Shown: positions 19,716-29,041 of the stretch, piece after piece | How positions within the stretch are numbered: position 1 is the first letter of the stretch | How the letters are laid out: the number at the start of each line of letters is the position of its first letter | Origin: an uncultured Chromatiales bacterium | GTDB taxonomy: Bacteria > Pseudomonadota > Gammaproteobacteria > Poriferisulfidales > Poriferisulfidaceae | Assembly (NCBI GenBank): GCA_964526195.1 | Contig: CAZGIH010000013.1 | Location: 74,707 to 138,706, forward strand | Length of the DNA stretch: 64,000 nucleotides | Reading direction: 5' to 3' | Position numbers and translations under genes: made by a program | Notes under the pieces: model-generated | Told to the model about the DNA's origin: nothing | Database searches by the model: none | Seen by the model: only the letters and a program-made list of their open reading frames with translations

Positions 19716-20672
19716 TCACGCAAGTTGCAAACCGGCCAGGGGACGGGCATTGCAGAAGTCTTGCGCGGACATTCGCCGGCTTCCGGCCCGTTGTAGTTCG
19801 GTGACTTGCACTTGCCCTTCGCCGCATGCAACCCATAGGCCGGTGCGATCGCAACGCAACACCTTGCCTGCCGGTTCGGCGGTTTGCATTGCATGTGCCT
19901 GGGCTTGCCACAGGCGCAGGGTTTCGTCACCGCATCGCGTGGTGGCGACCGGGCGGGGATTGAAGGCGCGGATCTTGGCGGCGACCCGATCAGCCGGATC
20001 GTGCCAGTCAATGGGAGCCTCGCCCTTGTGCAGCGCCGGTGCGTAACAGGCTCGTGTCTCGTCCTGCGGCTGTCGTGATGGATGTTTTGGATCAAAATCG
20101 GACAGGTACCGTAGCAGCAGATCGGCACCCAACGGGGCCAGTCGGTCTTGGGCCGAAGCTGCGGTTTCGTCGGGGGCGAAAGAGAAAGATTCCTGAACCA
20201 GGATGTCTCCGGTATCCAGACCCGCATCCATCAGCATGAGCGTACAGCCGCCAATGGGATCGCCGGCTTCGATTGCGCGTGCAATCGGGGCCGCTCCACG
20301 CCATCGGGGTAGCAATGATGCATGGATGTTCAGGCTGCCGCCCGGGCACAGCCGGAGCCAAGATTCGGGGATCAGCCGCCCGAAATCTGCCACCACCAGG
20401 GCATCGGCATGCTGCAAGGCCAGCTCATCGCGCACCGAAGAATCCAATGAGTCCGGTCGCAGCAGCGGCAGGTGCGAAGCCAAGGCGATTTCCGAGACGG
20501 GAGTGGGGCGCAACTGCAGGTGTCGACCCGCTGGCCGGTCTGGCTGCGACAGTACCGCGCAGAGAGTGTGGTCGCTGGCTTGCAGGCGTTCGAGTGCGAC
20601 GACGGCGAAAGACCCACTGCCGGCGAAAATCAGCCGCAGGGGCGCTGCAGCAGGGGAATCAGGCGTGAACGT
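19716..20672 (-). CDS. fmt: Methionyl-tRNA formyltransferase (start codon non-canonical or uncertain)
   Basis: The open frame includes [35 protein letters not shown] and MDAGLDTGD. There is no ATG/GTG/TTG upstream of the N-terminal motif; ACG codons at 20672 and 20666 follow a GGAG. Confidence 0.9.
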   Translation of the reverse strand, partial: TFTPDSPAAAPLRLIFAGSGSFAVVALERLQASDHTLCAVLSQPDRPAGRHLQLRPTPVSEIALASHLPLLRPDSLDSSVRDELALQHADALVVADFGRLIPESWLRLCPGGSLNIHASLLPRWRGAAPIARAIEAGDPIGGCTLMLMDAGLDTGDILVQESFSFAPDETAASAQDRLAPLGADLLLRYLSDFDPKHPSRQPQDETRACYAPALHKGEAPIDWHDPADRVAAKIRAFNPRPVATTRCGDETLRLWQAQAHAMQTAEPAGKVLRCDRTGLWVACGEGQVQVTELQRAGSRRMSAQDFCNARPLAGLQLA

Positions 20673-21204
20673 AAGACTCCGGCCGCCGGGTCCGTTTCGG
20701 AATCTCTCCGGCGCGTGCCATTTTGCGCAACTTTTCAGCGACGCGTTCGCGCTTGAGCGGCGAGAGGTAATCGACGAACAGTTTTCCGTTCAGGTGGTCG
20801 ATTTCGTGCTGGATGCAGACGGCAAGCAAGCCATCGGTCTCGATCTCGAATTCTTCGCCGTTCGCATTCAGGGCGCGGCAGCGGATTCTCTCGGCGCGCT
20901 GCACCAGTGCCCGGAACTCTGGAACAGACAGGCAACCCTCTTCCATCTCTTCAGTGCCTTCAGCTTCAAGAATCTCCGGGTTAATCAAACACATCGGCTC
21001 GTCGCCATCCTCGCTCAGGTCGATCACCACGATGCGCTGAGGGATGTTGACCTGCACGGCCGCCAAACCGATCCCAAATTCGTCGTACATGGTCTCCAGC
21101 ATGTTGGAGACGATTTCCCGGGTTTCGTCCGTCACCTCCACAACAGGCTCGGCCACCGTGCGTAGGCGCGGGTCCGGGAAGTGGAGGACTTCAAGTTTTG
21201 CCAT
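20659..21204 (-). CDS. def: Peptide deformylase
   Basis: [13 protein letters not shown] and QHEIDHLNG. Confidence 0.98.
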   Translation of the reverse strand: MAKLEVLHFPDPRLRTVAEPVVEVTDETREIVSNMLETMYDEFGIGLAAVQVNIPQRIVVIDLSEDGDEPMCLINPEILEAEGTEEMEEGCLSVPEFRALVQRAERIRCRALNANGEEFEIETDGLLAVCIQHEIDHLNGKLFVDYLSPLKRERVAEKLRKMARAGEIPKRTRRPESYVHA

Positions 21205-21310
21205 GTTTCTGCGTACTCCTTACCAATATATTATATGGAACTACCCTGTTTGAATGCAAACATCAAGCAGGGTTCCTAGGGTTTTGAGAGACTCTCTGGC
21301 CCAATTCTAT

Positions 21311-21345
21311 TTGACACGAATTTCGTGTTCCCGTATAATCGTGTT
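21311..21345 (+). promoter_or_regulatory. Consensus sigma70 promoter with an overlapping operator palindrome for the TA operon
   Basis: TTGACA(21311-16)-17 nt-TATAAT(21334-39); inverted repeat ACACGAA-T-TTCGTGT at 21314-21328; the ATG lies 6 nt after the -10 box. Confidence 0.8.
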
Positions 21346-21588
21346 ATGAAGAACATTACTGTAACACTGCCGGAAGATGTTGCCCGCTGGTTGAGGGTCC
21401 GGGCTGCCGAGAGCGACCGTAGTGTCTCGCGATGGTTGGCTGGTTTGCTGGAAGGAATGAAGCGTCAGGAAGACGAGTACGACACTGCCATGAGGGCTCT
21501 TTTAGCAAGGAAACCTCGAAAGTTCAAATGGGTGGATGGCCGAAAGCCGACGCGGGAAGAATTGCATGACCGGGCCAGTTTTCGTTGA
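21346..21588 (+). CDS. Ribbon-helix-helix (CopG-like) antitoxin
   Basis: MKNITVTLPEDVARWLRVRAAE...SVSR RHH pattern and TREELHDR tail; overlaps the PIN toxin. Confidence 0.8.
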   Translation: MKNITVTLPEDVARWLRVRAAESDRSVSRWLAGLLEGMKRQEDEYDTAMRALLARKPRKFKWVDGRKPTREELHDRASFR

Positions 21589-22030
21589 CACCAACATCCT
21601 GGTTTACCTGCAGGACGGGTCGGAGCCTGCCAAACAATCGTGCGCGAAGGCATGGATTACATTTTTGGCGCATCATCGGTCGGCCCGGATTAGCTTTCAG
21701 GTTTTGCAGGAACTCTATGCGACGCTGACGTCCAAGTTGGAACCACGATTTGAGGCGGGAGAAGCAAGGGAAATTGTGCGGAAATTTTCGGTATGGCAGC
21801 CAGTGGCCATTGATCTTCCGGTTTTGGAAAAAGCTTGGCTTCTTCAGCAACTCCATAACCTTTCATGGTGGGATGCCCTGATCGTTGCAGCTGCGCAAAC
21901 TTGCGAATGCTCCATATTGCTCACTGAAGATTTGCAGCACGACCAGATGATCGGAGGGATTCTAGTAATCAATCCGTTTAGAACACCAGATCGTGCCCCA
22001 GAAGAAGTCTTAGCAGGGCCGGGAAAGTGA
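21566..22030 (+). CDS. PIN-domain (VapC-like) toxin
   Basis: FVDTNILVY, QVLQE, SWWDALIVAAA and LLTEDLQ acidic motifs. Confidence 0.88.
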   Translation: MTGPVFVDTNILVYLQDGSEPAKQSCAKAWITFLAHHRSARISFQVLQELYATLTSKLEPRFEAGEAREIVRKFSVWQPVAIDLPVLEKAWLLQQLHNLSWWDALIVAAAQTCECSILLTEDLQHDQMIGGILVINPFRTPDRAPEEVLAGPGK

Positions 22031-22109
22031 GGAAGGCAAGTACGGTTTTTTCTTGACGATTTCAGATTCCGAAAACACGGGATTAAAATGAGACTGATAT
22101 GGATTTGCT

Positions 22110-22430
22110 ATGAAAAACCTATTAGCAGCCTTATTTTTTCTGGCAGTGTCTATTGGCGGAAAAGCACAAGGGCACAGCGCGATTTATGAAACTTATGCGC
22201 TGGATCTTCTCCACAAACAAATGCATTGTCATATTTCAGGAGGCACATTCATTGTGCCTAATCCTAGCCATAAAGGTAAATATATTTGGATATGTGAAAT
22301 AGAAGGTGTGGTTTCTAATAAATTTGTTACTGGGAATAGCATTAAACATGAAACAGTATGTGACTATTTATATAAGTACGTGGGCAGAGAATACTCGTGC
22401 GACTTTGAAATGATACCTATAGAAGACTGA
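22110..22430 (+). CDS. AT-rich small secreted hypothetical protein with 4 cysteines
   Basis: Signal-peptide-like MKNLLAALFFLAVSIGGKAQG; no family recognised. Confidence 0.55.
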   Translation: MKNLLAALFFLAVSIGGKAQGHSAIYETYALDLLHKQMHCHISGGTFIVPNPSHKGKYIWICEIEGVVSNKFVTGNSIKHETVCDYLYKYVGREYSCDFEMIPIED

Positions 22431-22478
22431 CAATGAAGATTTGCTGGTAGCACTATCCGTTGGATTGTTATTCAATTG

Positions 22479-23363
22479 TCAGAATACCTGAAACAATCTC
22501 AGGTATCGGTCCAGAAGCAAGAGTGTGAACAGTCCCATTAGGTAGATAATCGAATAGGTAAAGGTCGGCATGGCGAGGCGGTTGCTGGCTTCTTTCTGCA
22601 TTCGTATCGCGTAGGTCAGGAAAATCCCGTTCAGGATCAATGCACCGGCCAGGTACACCTGGCCGGAAAGTTGGATGACGAACGGCAGCATGCTTGTGGC
22701 AGCCAGCAATACGGTGTACAGCGTGATCTGCAACCGGGTGTAGCTGTCGCCATGCGTCACCGGCAGCATTGGAATATCGGCTTTCGCGTAGTCCTCCTTG
22801 CGGTGCAGGGCCAGCGCCCAGAAATGCGGGGGTGTCCACACGAAGATGATCAGGAACAGGGCCAGCGCCCCGGCTTCGATATTGCCGGTGACCGCGGCCC
22901 AGCCGAGCAGGGGGGGCGTGGCGCCGGCAGCCCCGCCGATGACGATGTTCTGGGGTGTCGCGCGTTTGAGATAGAGGGTATAGACCAGCGCATAACCAAT
23001 TAGGGAACCCAGTGTCAACCAGGCCGTCAATCCGTTGACCCAAAAGTACAGCAGCAGGAACCCGCCCATGCCGAGCAGGAATGCAAATCCGAGTACTTGA
23101 GGCGTACGCAACGAGCCGCGCGGCAGGGGCCGGGCCTGCGTGCGGTCCATCTGGGCATCCACGTGCTGGTCGGCGATCTGGTTGATGGCCGCGGCTGCGG
23201 CTGCCATGAGGGTGATGCCAATCGCGCCGTGCAGCATTTTCATGGGCACTTGCATCAAGGGATCGGCCAGGACCATGCCGATCAGTGCGGTGAACGTCAT
23301 CAGCGCGACTACGCGCGGCTTGGTGACCTCCCAGTAATCGCGCCAGGAGGAAGTCGGATTCAC
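22479..23363 (-). CDS. cyoE: Protoheme IX farnesyltransferase (heme o synthase)
   Basis: TKPRVV, DAQMDRTQARPLP, YTLYLKRATPQNIVIGG and WTPPHFWAL; GTG start overlapping the ctaA stop. Confidence 0.95.
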   Translation of the reverse strand: MNPTSSWRDYWEVTKPRVVALMTFTALIGMVLADPLMQVPMKMLHGAIGITLMAAAAAAINQIADQHVDAQMDRTQARPLPRGSLRTPQVLGFAFLLGMGGFLLLYFWVNGLTAWLTLGSLIGYALVYTLYLKRATPQNIVIGGAAGATPPLLGWAAVTGNIEAGALALFLIIFVWTPPHFWALALHRKEDYAKADIPMLPVTHGDSYTRLQITLYTVLLAATSMLPFVIQLSGQVYLAGALILNGIFLTYAIRMQKEASNRLAMPTFTYSIIYLMGLFTLLLLDRYLRLFQVF

Positions 23364-24361
23364 GGGCTGGCTCCGCGGTTGAGCAGGAGTCGCCCTTGGG
23401 TGAGAATCGCCAGCAGCAGGATTGCTGCAAAAGCATTGTGCGCGACAGCGACGGCTAGGGGGAGTTGCAGGACGATGTTGCCAATGCCGAGAGAAACCTG
23501 GATGGCTAGCAGCGCGATCAGAACCCAGCCGCTTACGCGCCATGCACCGAGTCCGCTTCGAATGGATGCGGCCGCTAAGGCCAGGATCAGGGCGGAAGCC
23601 ACGACGGCGCCGATTCGATGGGCGACATGGATGGCAGTGCGCGCCGGGCTGTCCAGAACCCCGTATTCATAGTCGATGCCCAGCCCCCGCCACAGGACGA
23701 AAGCCTCGGAAAAATTCATGCCGGAAGGCCACCACTGTTCCCGGCAAGTGGGGAAGTCGGGGCAGGCCAAGGCGGCGTAGTTGGTACTGGTCCATCCGCC
23801 CAGGGTGATCTGCACGACAAGTCCTGCCAAGGCGGCGGCGTACAGGTAGCGCAGAGAACGCGGCGGATCCGAAGCCGTCGGGCGGGGCCAGTCGTGGTAG
23901 CGCAGCAGCAACCACCAGATCAGGCCCAGGGTGGCAAAGCCGCCCAGCAGATGCAGGGTGACGATTAGGGGTTTCAACTGCAGGGTGACGGTCCACATGC
24001 CGAGCAGGGCCTGCAACACCACCAATGCGAGCAGCGCCATCGTGCCGCGCGCAAGGCGTGCGCTGCCCAGCCGGGTTCGGCACAGTACGGCCAGGGCCAG
24101 AATCAACAGGCCGAGCGCGCCGGCCAGGTACCGGTGCAGCATTTCACGAAAAGCCTTTCCGGCGTCGTATGTCCCGCGCGGGTCCTGTGCCTGTGCAGCC
24201 GCGATTTCCTGTTCGGTTTCCGGTAGAGAAGTCAGGTGCCCGTAGCATCCCGGCCAGTCCGGGCAGCCGAGCCCGGCGTCGGTCAGCCTCACGAAGGCAC
24301 CGATCACCACCACCAGGAATGTCAATGCCACGGTCAGCGACAGAAAGCGGCGGAACAACAT
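23360..24361 (-). CDS. ctaA: Heme A synthase (CtaA/COX15)
   Basis: VRLTDAGLGCPDWPGC, EMLHRY, HLLGG, ACPDFPTC and HNAFA. Confidence 0.92.
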   Translation of the reverse strand: MLFRRFLSLTVALTFLVVVIGAFVRLTDAGLGCPDWPGCYGHLTSLPETEQEIAAAQAQDPRGTYDAGKAFREMLHRYLAGALGLLILALAVLCRTRLGSARLARGTMALLALVVLQALLGMWTVTLQLKPLIVTLHLLGGFATLGLIWWLLLRYHDWPRPTASDPPRSLRYLYAAALAGLVVQITLGGWTSTNYAALACPDFPTCREQWWPSGMNFSEAFVLWRGLGIDYEYGVLDSPARTAIHVAHRIGAVVASALILALAAASIRSGLGAWRVSGWVLIALLAIQVSLGIGNIVLQLPLAVAVAHNAFAAILLLAILTQGRLLLNRGASP

Positions 24362-24366
24362 GGGAG

Positions 24367-24954
24367 TCAGCCGATCCGGGAGGCAGTCAGGAGACGTTTC
24401 AAGTCACGCAGGATTCCCCGGGAGGTGGACCGACCGTCGTAATGCATCAGCAGGTTCCCTAGGGGGTCGACGATAAAGAGGGTATCGCCGGGCTGGTCGT
24501 TCAGTGCGTCGATATCGGGGCTTTTTGGAGAGATGCGAACCTGATCCGGCCTGAAGCGTTTCAGTACTTCTGCGTAGGGTGCCTCCAGTTCCGCATGCTC
24601 AAGCAGAATCAGGATTTGTACCCGGTTGCGTTTGGAGCCCAGGGATTGATGAACCTGCCGCATCATGAAGAGGGTCGCTTCGCAGTCGAGACTGCAGGTC
24701 GCGGCGCGGGCATGGTAGAGCAGGGTCCAGCGCGGGGGCTGGTCGGGAAACCGGAACAAGTCGCGCCCGAGCGGCTGGGGAGGCAGGATCAAGGAACCGT
24801 GGCTGTCGCCGCCGACATCCCCGCGCAATTGCGGGTTGTGGTACAGCACGACGGAGGCGACTAAGGGGCCTGCAAACGCCAGCACCAGCCCGATCAGGTA
24901 AAGGCGTGAGCGCAGCAGGCGCTTGGCTTCCGGGTGTGAACCAAGATGAAACAT
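24367..24954 (-). CDS. Membrane-anchored SCO/thioredoxin-like cytochrome oxidase-associated protein
   Basis: One TM helix, CxxxC (CSLDC) and IVDPLGNLLMHY; lies in the cox operon. Confidence 0.7.
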   Translation of the reverse strand: MFHLGSHPEAKRLLRSRLYLIGLVLAFAGPLVASVVLYHNPQLRGDVGGDSHGSLILPPQPLGRDLFRFPDQPPRWTLLYHARAATCSLDCEATLFMMRQVHQSLGSKRNRVQILILLEHAELEAPYAEVLKRFRPDQVRISPKSPDIDALNDQPGDTLFIVDPLGNLLMHYDGRSTSRGILRDLKRLLTASRIG

Positions 24955-25676
24955 CAGTCTCGGAAAATTGGTCTCACGGAATACAGAAAGAACAGAATCA
25001 CCACCGCTGCAGCCATGGCGAACCATTGGACCGCATACGCTGTATGTTTCTCCGCGCTCATCGGGGGGCTTGGCCAGGCACGCGTATAGCCGTGCGGCTG
25101 GTTCTCGGAAAGCCGGACCGTGGCGGGGACAAGCGAAAGCTCGGACAGGCGCTCGGCGAGGCGGGGATAATCAATGCCCTGGATCACCTGTGGCCAGCCG
25201 TGGCCTTCCAGCAGGTGGTCCGAGTCGGTGAACGGGTTGGGCTGGGGGAGGTAGATGACCCCCTCAAGCTGGACTTCGGATTCGGTGGGGGCTGGAACGG
25301 AAGGCAATCGGGAGCGATCCGCCTCTCCCGGAACCCATCCCCGGTTGATCAGGACAACCTGCTCGTAGGTCGACAGTTCGAAGGGGCTCAGCACGTGATA
25401 GCCGGGCTGCTTGTCGTGGATCTGGTTGTCGAGCAGGAACTGCCAGGGCAGGTACTGCCCGCGCAGACGGACCCGGCGGTCGGCCAGTTCCTCAAGGGAT
25501 TCTCCGGGAAATGATGTGATATAAACGGGGGACAATTGTGCCCGCTCCTGCTTCAATTCGTCTTGCGTGCGACGGAGTTCGGCTCGTTCGAGCTGCCAGA
25601 ATCCCAGCGAGAGGAGAATGGCGGTCAGCGCGACGGTCGCAAAGCTGAGCAGGAGTGAAGGGCGGAATCGACGCAT
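24954..25676 (-). CDS. SURF1 family protein
   Basis: LGFWQLERA, LLDNQ, LINRGWV and HTAYAVQWF. Confidence 0.92.
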   Translation of the reverse strand: MRRFRPSLLLSFATVALTAILLSLGFWQLERAELRRTQDELKQERAQLSPVYITSFPGESLEELADRRVRLRGQYLPWQFLLDNQIHDKQPGYHVLSPFELSTYEQVVLINRGWVPGEADRSRLPSVPAPTESEVQLEGVIYLPQPNPFTDSDHLLEGHGWPQVIQGIDYPRLAERLSELSLVPATVRLSENQPHGYTRAWPSPPMSAEKHTAYAVQWFAMAAAVVILFFLYSVRPIFRD

Positions 25677-25697
25677 GAGAATCAGGCTGGACCCACA

Positions 25698-25907
25698 ATG
25701 AAGCTTCTGGTGGTCATTCTATTGCTGGTGATTCTGGCAAGCCTGTTTTCGGCCTTGGTGTTTCTGGTACGGGACCGAGGTACGACTCACCGCACCGTGC
25801 GGGCACTGACCTGGCGGATTGGCCTGTCGATCGGCCTGTTTTTGCTGTTGCTATTCGCAGGCTGGATGGGTTGGATCGAGCCGCATGGATTGCATCCCCG
25901 GCCTTGA
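25698..25907 (+). CDS. Twin-transmembrane small protein (DUF2909)
   Basis: SLFSALVFLVRD...TVRALTWRIGLS...GWIEPHG; canonical position between coxC and SURF1. Confidence 0.85.
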   Translation: MKLLVVILLLVILASLFSALVFLVRDRGTTHRTVRALTWRIGLSIGLFLLLLFAGWMGWIEPHGLHPRP

Positions 25908-25916
25908 CGTGTTCCG

Positions 25917-26786
25917 TTACAGCCAGTAGACGAAGACGAACAGACCGAGCCAAACGACGTCAACGAAGTGCCAGTACCAAGCGGCCGCCTCGAACGCGAA
26001 GTGTCGGTTCGGGGTGAAATGCCCGGAAATGCAGCGGAACAGCACGACGGTCAGAATTATGGCCCCAATCGTGACATGCAGGCCGTGAAAGCCGGTCAGC
26101 ATGAAGAAGGTTGAACCGTAGATGCCCGATCCGAGGTTCAGATTGAGTTCCGTGAAGGCATGCATGTACTCGACCGCCTGCAGTGCGATGAAGAGGAACC
26201 CCAGCGCTACGGTCAGGACCAGTCCGGCGATCAACTGCCCCCGGTGCCCGGCCTTGAGGGCATGGTGTGCCCAGGTGACCGTGCCGCCGCTGGTCAGCAA
26301 AATCAGCGTGTTGATTGCAGGCAGGCCCCAAGCACCCATATGGGTGAACGCGCCGCCGATCTCGCCCGGGCCGTTCGCGGTATAGGGCCACAGGGCCTCG
26401 TAGCCTTGCCACAGATAAGAGTTGGTCAGGATGCCGGGACCCTCGCCCCCAAGCCATGGCAGCGAGTACTGGCGGGCGTAGTAGAGAGCGCCGAAGAAGG
26501 CGGCGAAGAACATGACCTCCGAGAAGATGAACCAGAACATCCCCCAGCGGAACGACAAATCGACCTGTGCGTTGTAGGTTTCACTCTCGCTCTCGCCGAT
26601 CACGGTGCCGAACCAGCCGAACATCATGAGCACCACGATCAGGATGCCGGCCGCCAGAAGCCAGGAGCCAATGGCCGAGTCCAGCATCATCAGCGCGGCG
26701 CCGATCAGGGTGGTGAACAGGCCGACGGAACCGACGATCGGCCAGTGGCTGGGTTCGGGGATGTAGTAGAGCGTAGAGTCCGACAT
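25917..26786 (-). CDS. coxC: Cytochrome c oxidase subunit III
   Basis: FIFSEVMFF, FFMLTGFHGLHV and WYWHFVDVVW. Confidence 0.96.
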   Translation of the reverse strand: MSDSTLYYIPEPSHWPIVGSVGLFTTLIGAALMMLDSAIGSWLLAAGILIVVLMMFGWFGTVIGESESETYNAQVDLSFRWGMFWFIFSEVMFFAAFFGALYYARQYSLPWLGGEGPGILTNSYLWQGYEALWPYTANGPGEIGGAFTHMGAWGLPAINTLILLTSGGTVTWAHHALKAGHRGQLIAGLVLTVALGFLFIALQAVEYMHAFTELNLNLGSGIYGSTFFMLTGFHGLHVTIGAIILTVVLFRCISGHFTPNRHFAFEAAAWYWHFVDVVWLGLFVFVYWL

Positions 26787-26791
26787 GAGGG

Positions 26792-27340
26792 TTAGCCTGA
26801 TTGGGTCCCGGAAGTTTGGGAGACGTCAAAAAAGGTGTACGACAGGGTCAGGGTTCCGATGGTTTCGGGCAGGCGTTCGCTGACCTTAAAAATCAAAGGC
26901 ATTTCAACGCTTTCCCCGGCATCGAGCGGTTGGCTGGTGAAGCAGAAGCATTCCTGCTTGATGAGGTGCGGGGCAGCCATTTGCGGGGCGACGCTGGGGA
27001 CAGCCTGACCGGTCATGGGCTGCGCGGTGCGGTTGCGCGCATGGAATACGGTCTGGTAGGTCTGGCCGGGCCGGACTTTCATCTCGAACTGGTCGGGGCG
27101 GATGTCCCAAGGCATGGAGTGATCGACGTTCGCAACGAACTGCAGAGTGACTTGGCGTTCGGCAGCGGTTGCAGTCTCAGGTGCGGTGGGCGTTGCCTGG
27201 GTCAGGTTACTGGTCGACCCGGATAGTCCGGTGAGGTCGCACAGGGCATCGTAAAGCGGAACCAATGCATAAGAGAAACCCAGCATCAGCACGCAGACTG
27301 CTGCCAGCCGGATCGCCGTTCGACGGGGAGGACGTTTCAT
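26792..27340 (-). CDS. ctaG: Cytochrome c oxidase assembly protein CtaG/Cox11
   Basis: VPLYDALC, the ECFCF copper motif and TLSYTFF. Confidence 0.93.
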   Translation of the reverse strand: MKRPPRRTAIRLAAVCVLMLGFSYALVPLYDALCDLTGLSGSTSNLTQATPTAPETATAAERQVTLQFVANVDHSMPWDIRPDQFEMKVRPGQTYQTVFHARNRTAQPMTGQAVPSVAPQMAAPHLIKQECFCFTSQPLDAGESVEMPLIFKVSERLPETIGTLTLSYTFFDVSQTSGTQSG

Positions 27341-27453
27341 CCCGCAGTTCCCACTAGGAAGTAAAAGCCCACGTAGATCGTCATGGCGACAATTGCTACG
27401 ATCCAGGCGGTCCGTATTGCGGCACGGCGCTCAGGCGTCCGGGGCTGGGTCAT
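27337..27453 (-). CDS. 38-aa single-TM small protein in the cox operon (absent from the ORF track)
   Basis: MTQPRTPERRAAIRTAWIVAIVAMTIYVGFYFLVGTAG*; ATGA overlaps with both the coxA stop and the ctaG start. Confidence 0.7.
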   Translation of the reverse strand: MTQPRTPERRAAIRTAWIVAIVAMTIYVGFYFLVGTAG

Positions 27454-29027
27454 CGAACCACCGGCGGGGTGGTGAAACTATGGTAGGGCGGCGGGGACGG
27501 CAAGGTCCATTCCAGCCCTTCCGCACCTTCCCAGACCTGGTCCGTCGCTTTTTCTCCTCCCCGGATGGTCACCACCACGATGTACAGGAACAGCAACTGC
27601 GCGAAGCCGAAGCCGAATGCACCGACCGATGCCAGCATGTTGTAGTCGGCGAATTGAAGCGCATAGTCGGGGATGCGTCGCGGCATGCCGGCGAGACCGA
27701 CAAAGTGCATCGGGAAGAAAGTCAGGTTGACGAAGATGGTGGACAGCCAGAAGTGCCATTTGCCCAAGCGTTCCGGGTAGTGGTTTCCAGTCCATTTAGG
27801 CAGCCAGTAGTAGACTGCCGCCATGATCGCGAAGATCGATCCAGGGACCAGGACATAGTGGAAGTGGGCGACCACGAAATAGGAATCGTGATACTGGAAA
27901 TCCGCCGGCACGATCGCCAGCATCAGACCGGAGAACCCGCCTATGGTGAACATGATGATGAAGCCGATGGCGAACAGCATCGGGGTCTCGAACGTCATTG
28001 AGCCTCGCCACATGGTGGCGACCCAGTTGAAGACCTTAACGCCGGTTGGCACGGCGATCAACATGGTGGCAAACATAAAGAACAATTCGCCGGCCAGTGG
28101 CATGCCGACCGTGAACATGTGGTGCGCCCACACGACGAACGACAGGAAAGCGATCGAAGCGGTGGCGTAGACCATCGAACTGTAACCGAACAGCGGTTTG
28201 CGGGAGAAGGTCGGCAGGATGCTGGACACCACCCCGAACGAGGGCAGGATCAGGATGTAGACCTCCGGATGGCCGAAGAACCAGAAGATATGCTGGAACA
28301 TGACCGGGTCGCCGCCGCCAGCCGCGTTGAAGAAACTGGTCCCGAAGAACTTGTCAGTCAGCAGCATGGTGACGCCGCCCGCCAGCACCGGCATCACGGC
28401 GATCAGCAGGAAAGCGGTGATCAACCAGGTCCAAACGAACAGAGGCATCTTCATCATGTGCATGCCCGGCGCGCGCATGTTGACGATGGTGGCGATGATG
28501 TTGATCGCGCCCATGATGGAAGACATGCCCATGAAGTGGATCGAGAAGATGACGAACGGCAGGGCGTTGCCGGTCTGCAGAGTGAGCGGGGGATACAGGG
28601 TCCAGCCACCGGCCGGGCCGCCACCGTCCATGAACATGGTCGACAGCAGCATGGCGAATGCGAACGGCAAGATCCAGAAACTCCAGTTGTTGAGGCGCGG
28701 CAGCGCCATGTCGGTGGCACCGACCATCAGGGGGATCTGCCAGTTAGCTAGCCCGGTGAAAGCGGGCATCACCACGCCGAAAATCATAACCAGCGCGTGC
28801 AGCGTGGTCATCGAGTTGAAGAACTGGGGATCGACGAATTGCAGGCCCGGTGAGAACAGTTCGGTGCGGATCACCAGCGCCATCGCGCCGCCGATGAAGA
28901 ACATGATCATGGCCAGCCACAAGTACAGCGTGCCAATGTCCTTGTGATTGGTGGTGGTAACCCAACGCCATAGGCCGCTGGGGTGATAATCGTGGTGGTC
29001 GTCGTGCGCGGCGGCGATTTCGCTCAT
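27450..29027 (-). CDS. coxA: Cytochrome c oxidase subunit I (aa3 type)
   Basis: TNHKDIGTLY, GWTLYPP, WFFGHPEVY, VWAHHM and HFHY. Confidence 0.98.
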   Translation of the reverse strand: MSEIAAAHDDHHDYHPSGLWRWVTTTNHKDIGTLYLWLAMIMFFIGGAMALVIRTELFSPGLQFVDPQFFNSMTTLHALVMIFGVVMPAFTGLANWQIPLMVGATDMALPRLNNWSFWILPFAFAMLLSTMFMDGGGPAGGWTLYPPLTLQTGNALPFVIFSIHFMGMSSIMGAINIIATIVNMRAPGMHMMKMPLFVWTWLITAFLLIAVMPVLAGGVTMLLTDKFFGTSFFNAAGGGDPVMFQHIFWFFGHPEVYILILPSFGVVSSILPTFSRKPLFGYSSMVYATASIAFLSFVVWAHHMFTVGMPLAGELFFMFATMLIAVPTGVKVFNWVATMWRGSMTFETPMLFAIGFIIMFTIGGFSGLMLAIVPADFQYHDSYFVVAHFHYVLVPGSIFAIMAAVYYWLPKWTGNHYPERLGKWHFWLSTIFVNLTFFPMHFVGLAGMPRRIPDYALQFADYNMLASVGAFGFGFAQLLFLYIVVVTIRGGEKATDQVWEGAEGLEWTLPSPPPYHSFTTPPVVR

Positions 29028-29041
29028 GTCGGCTCCGTGGG

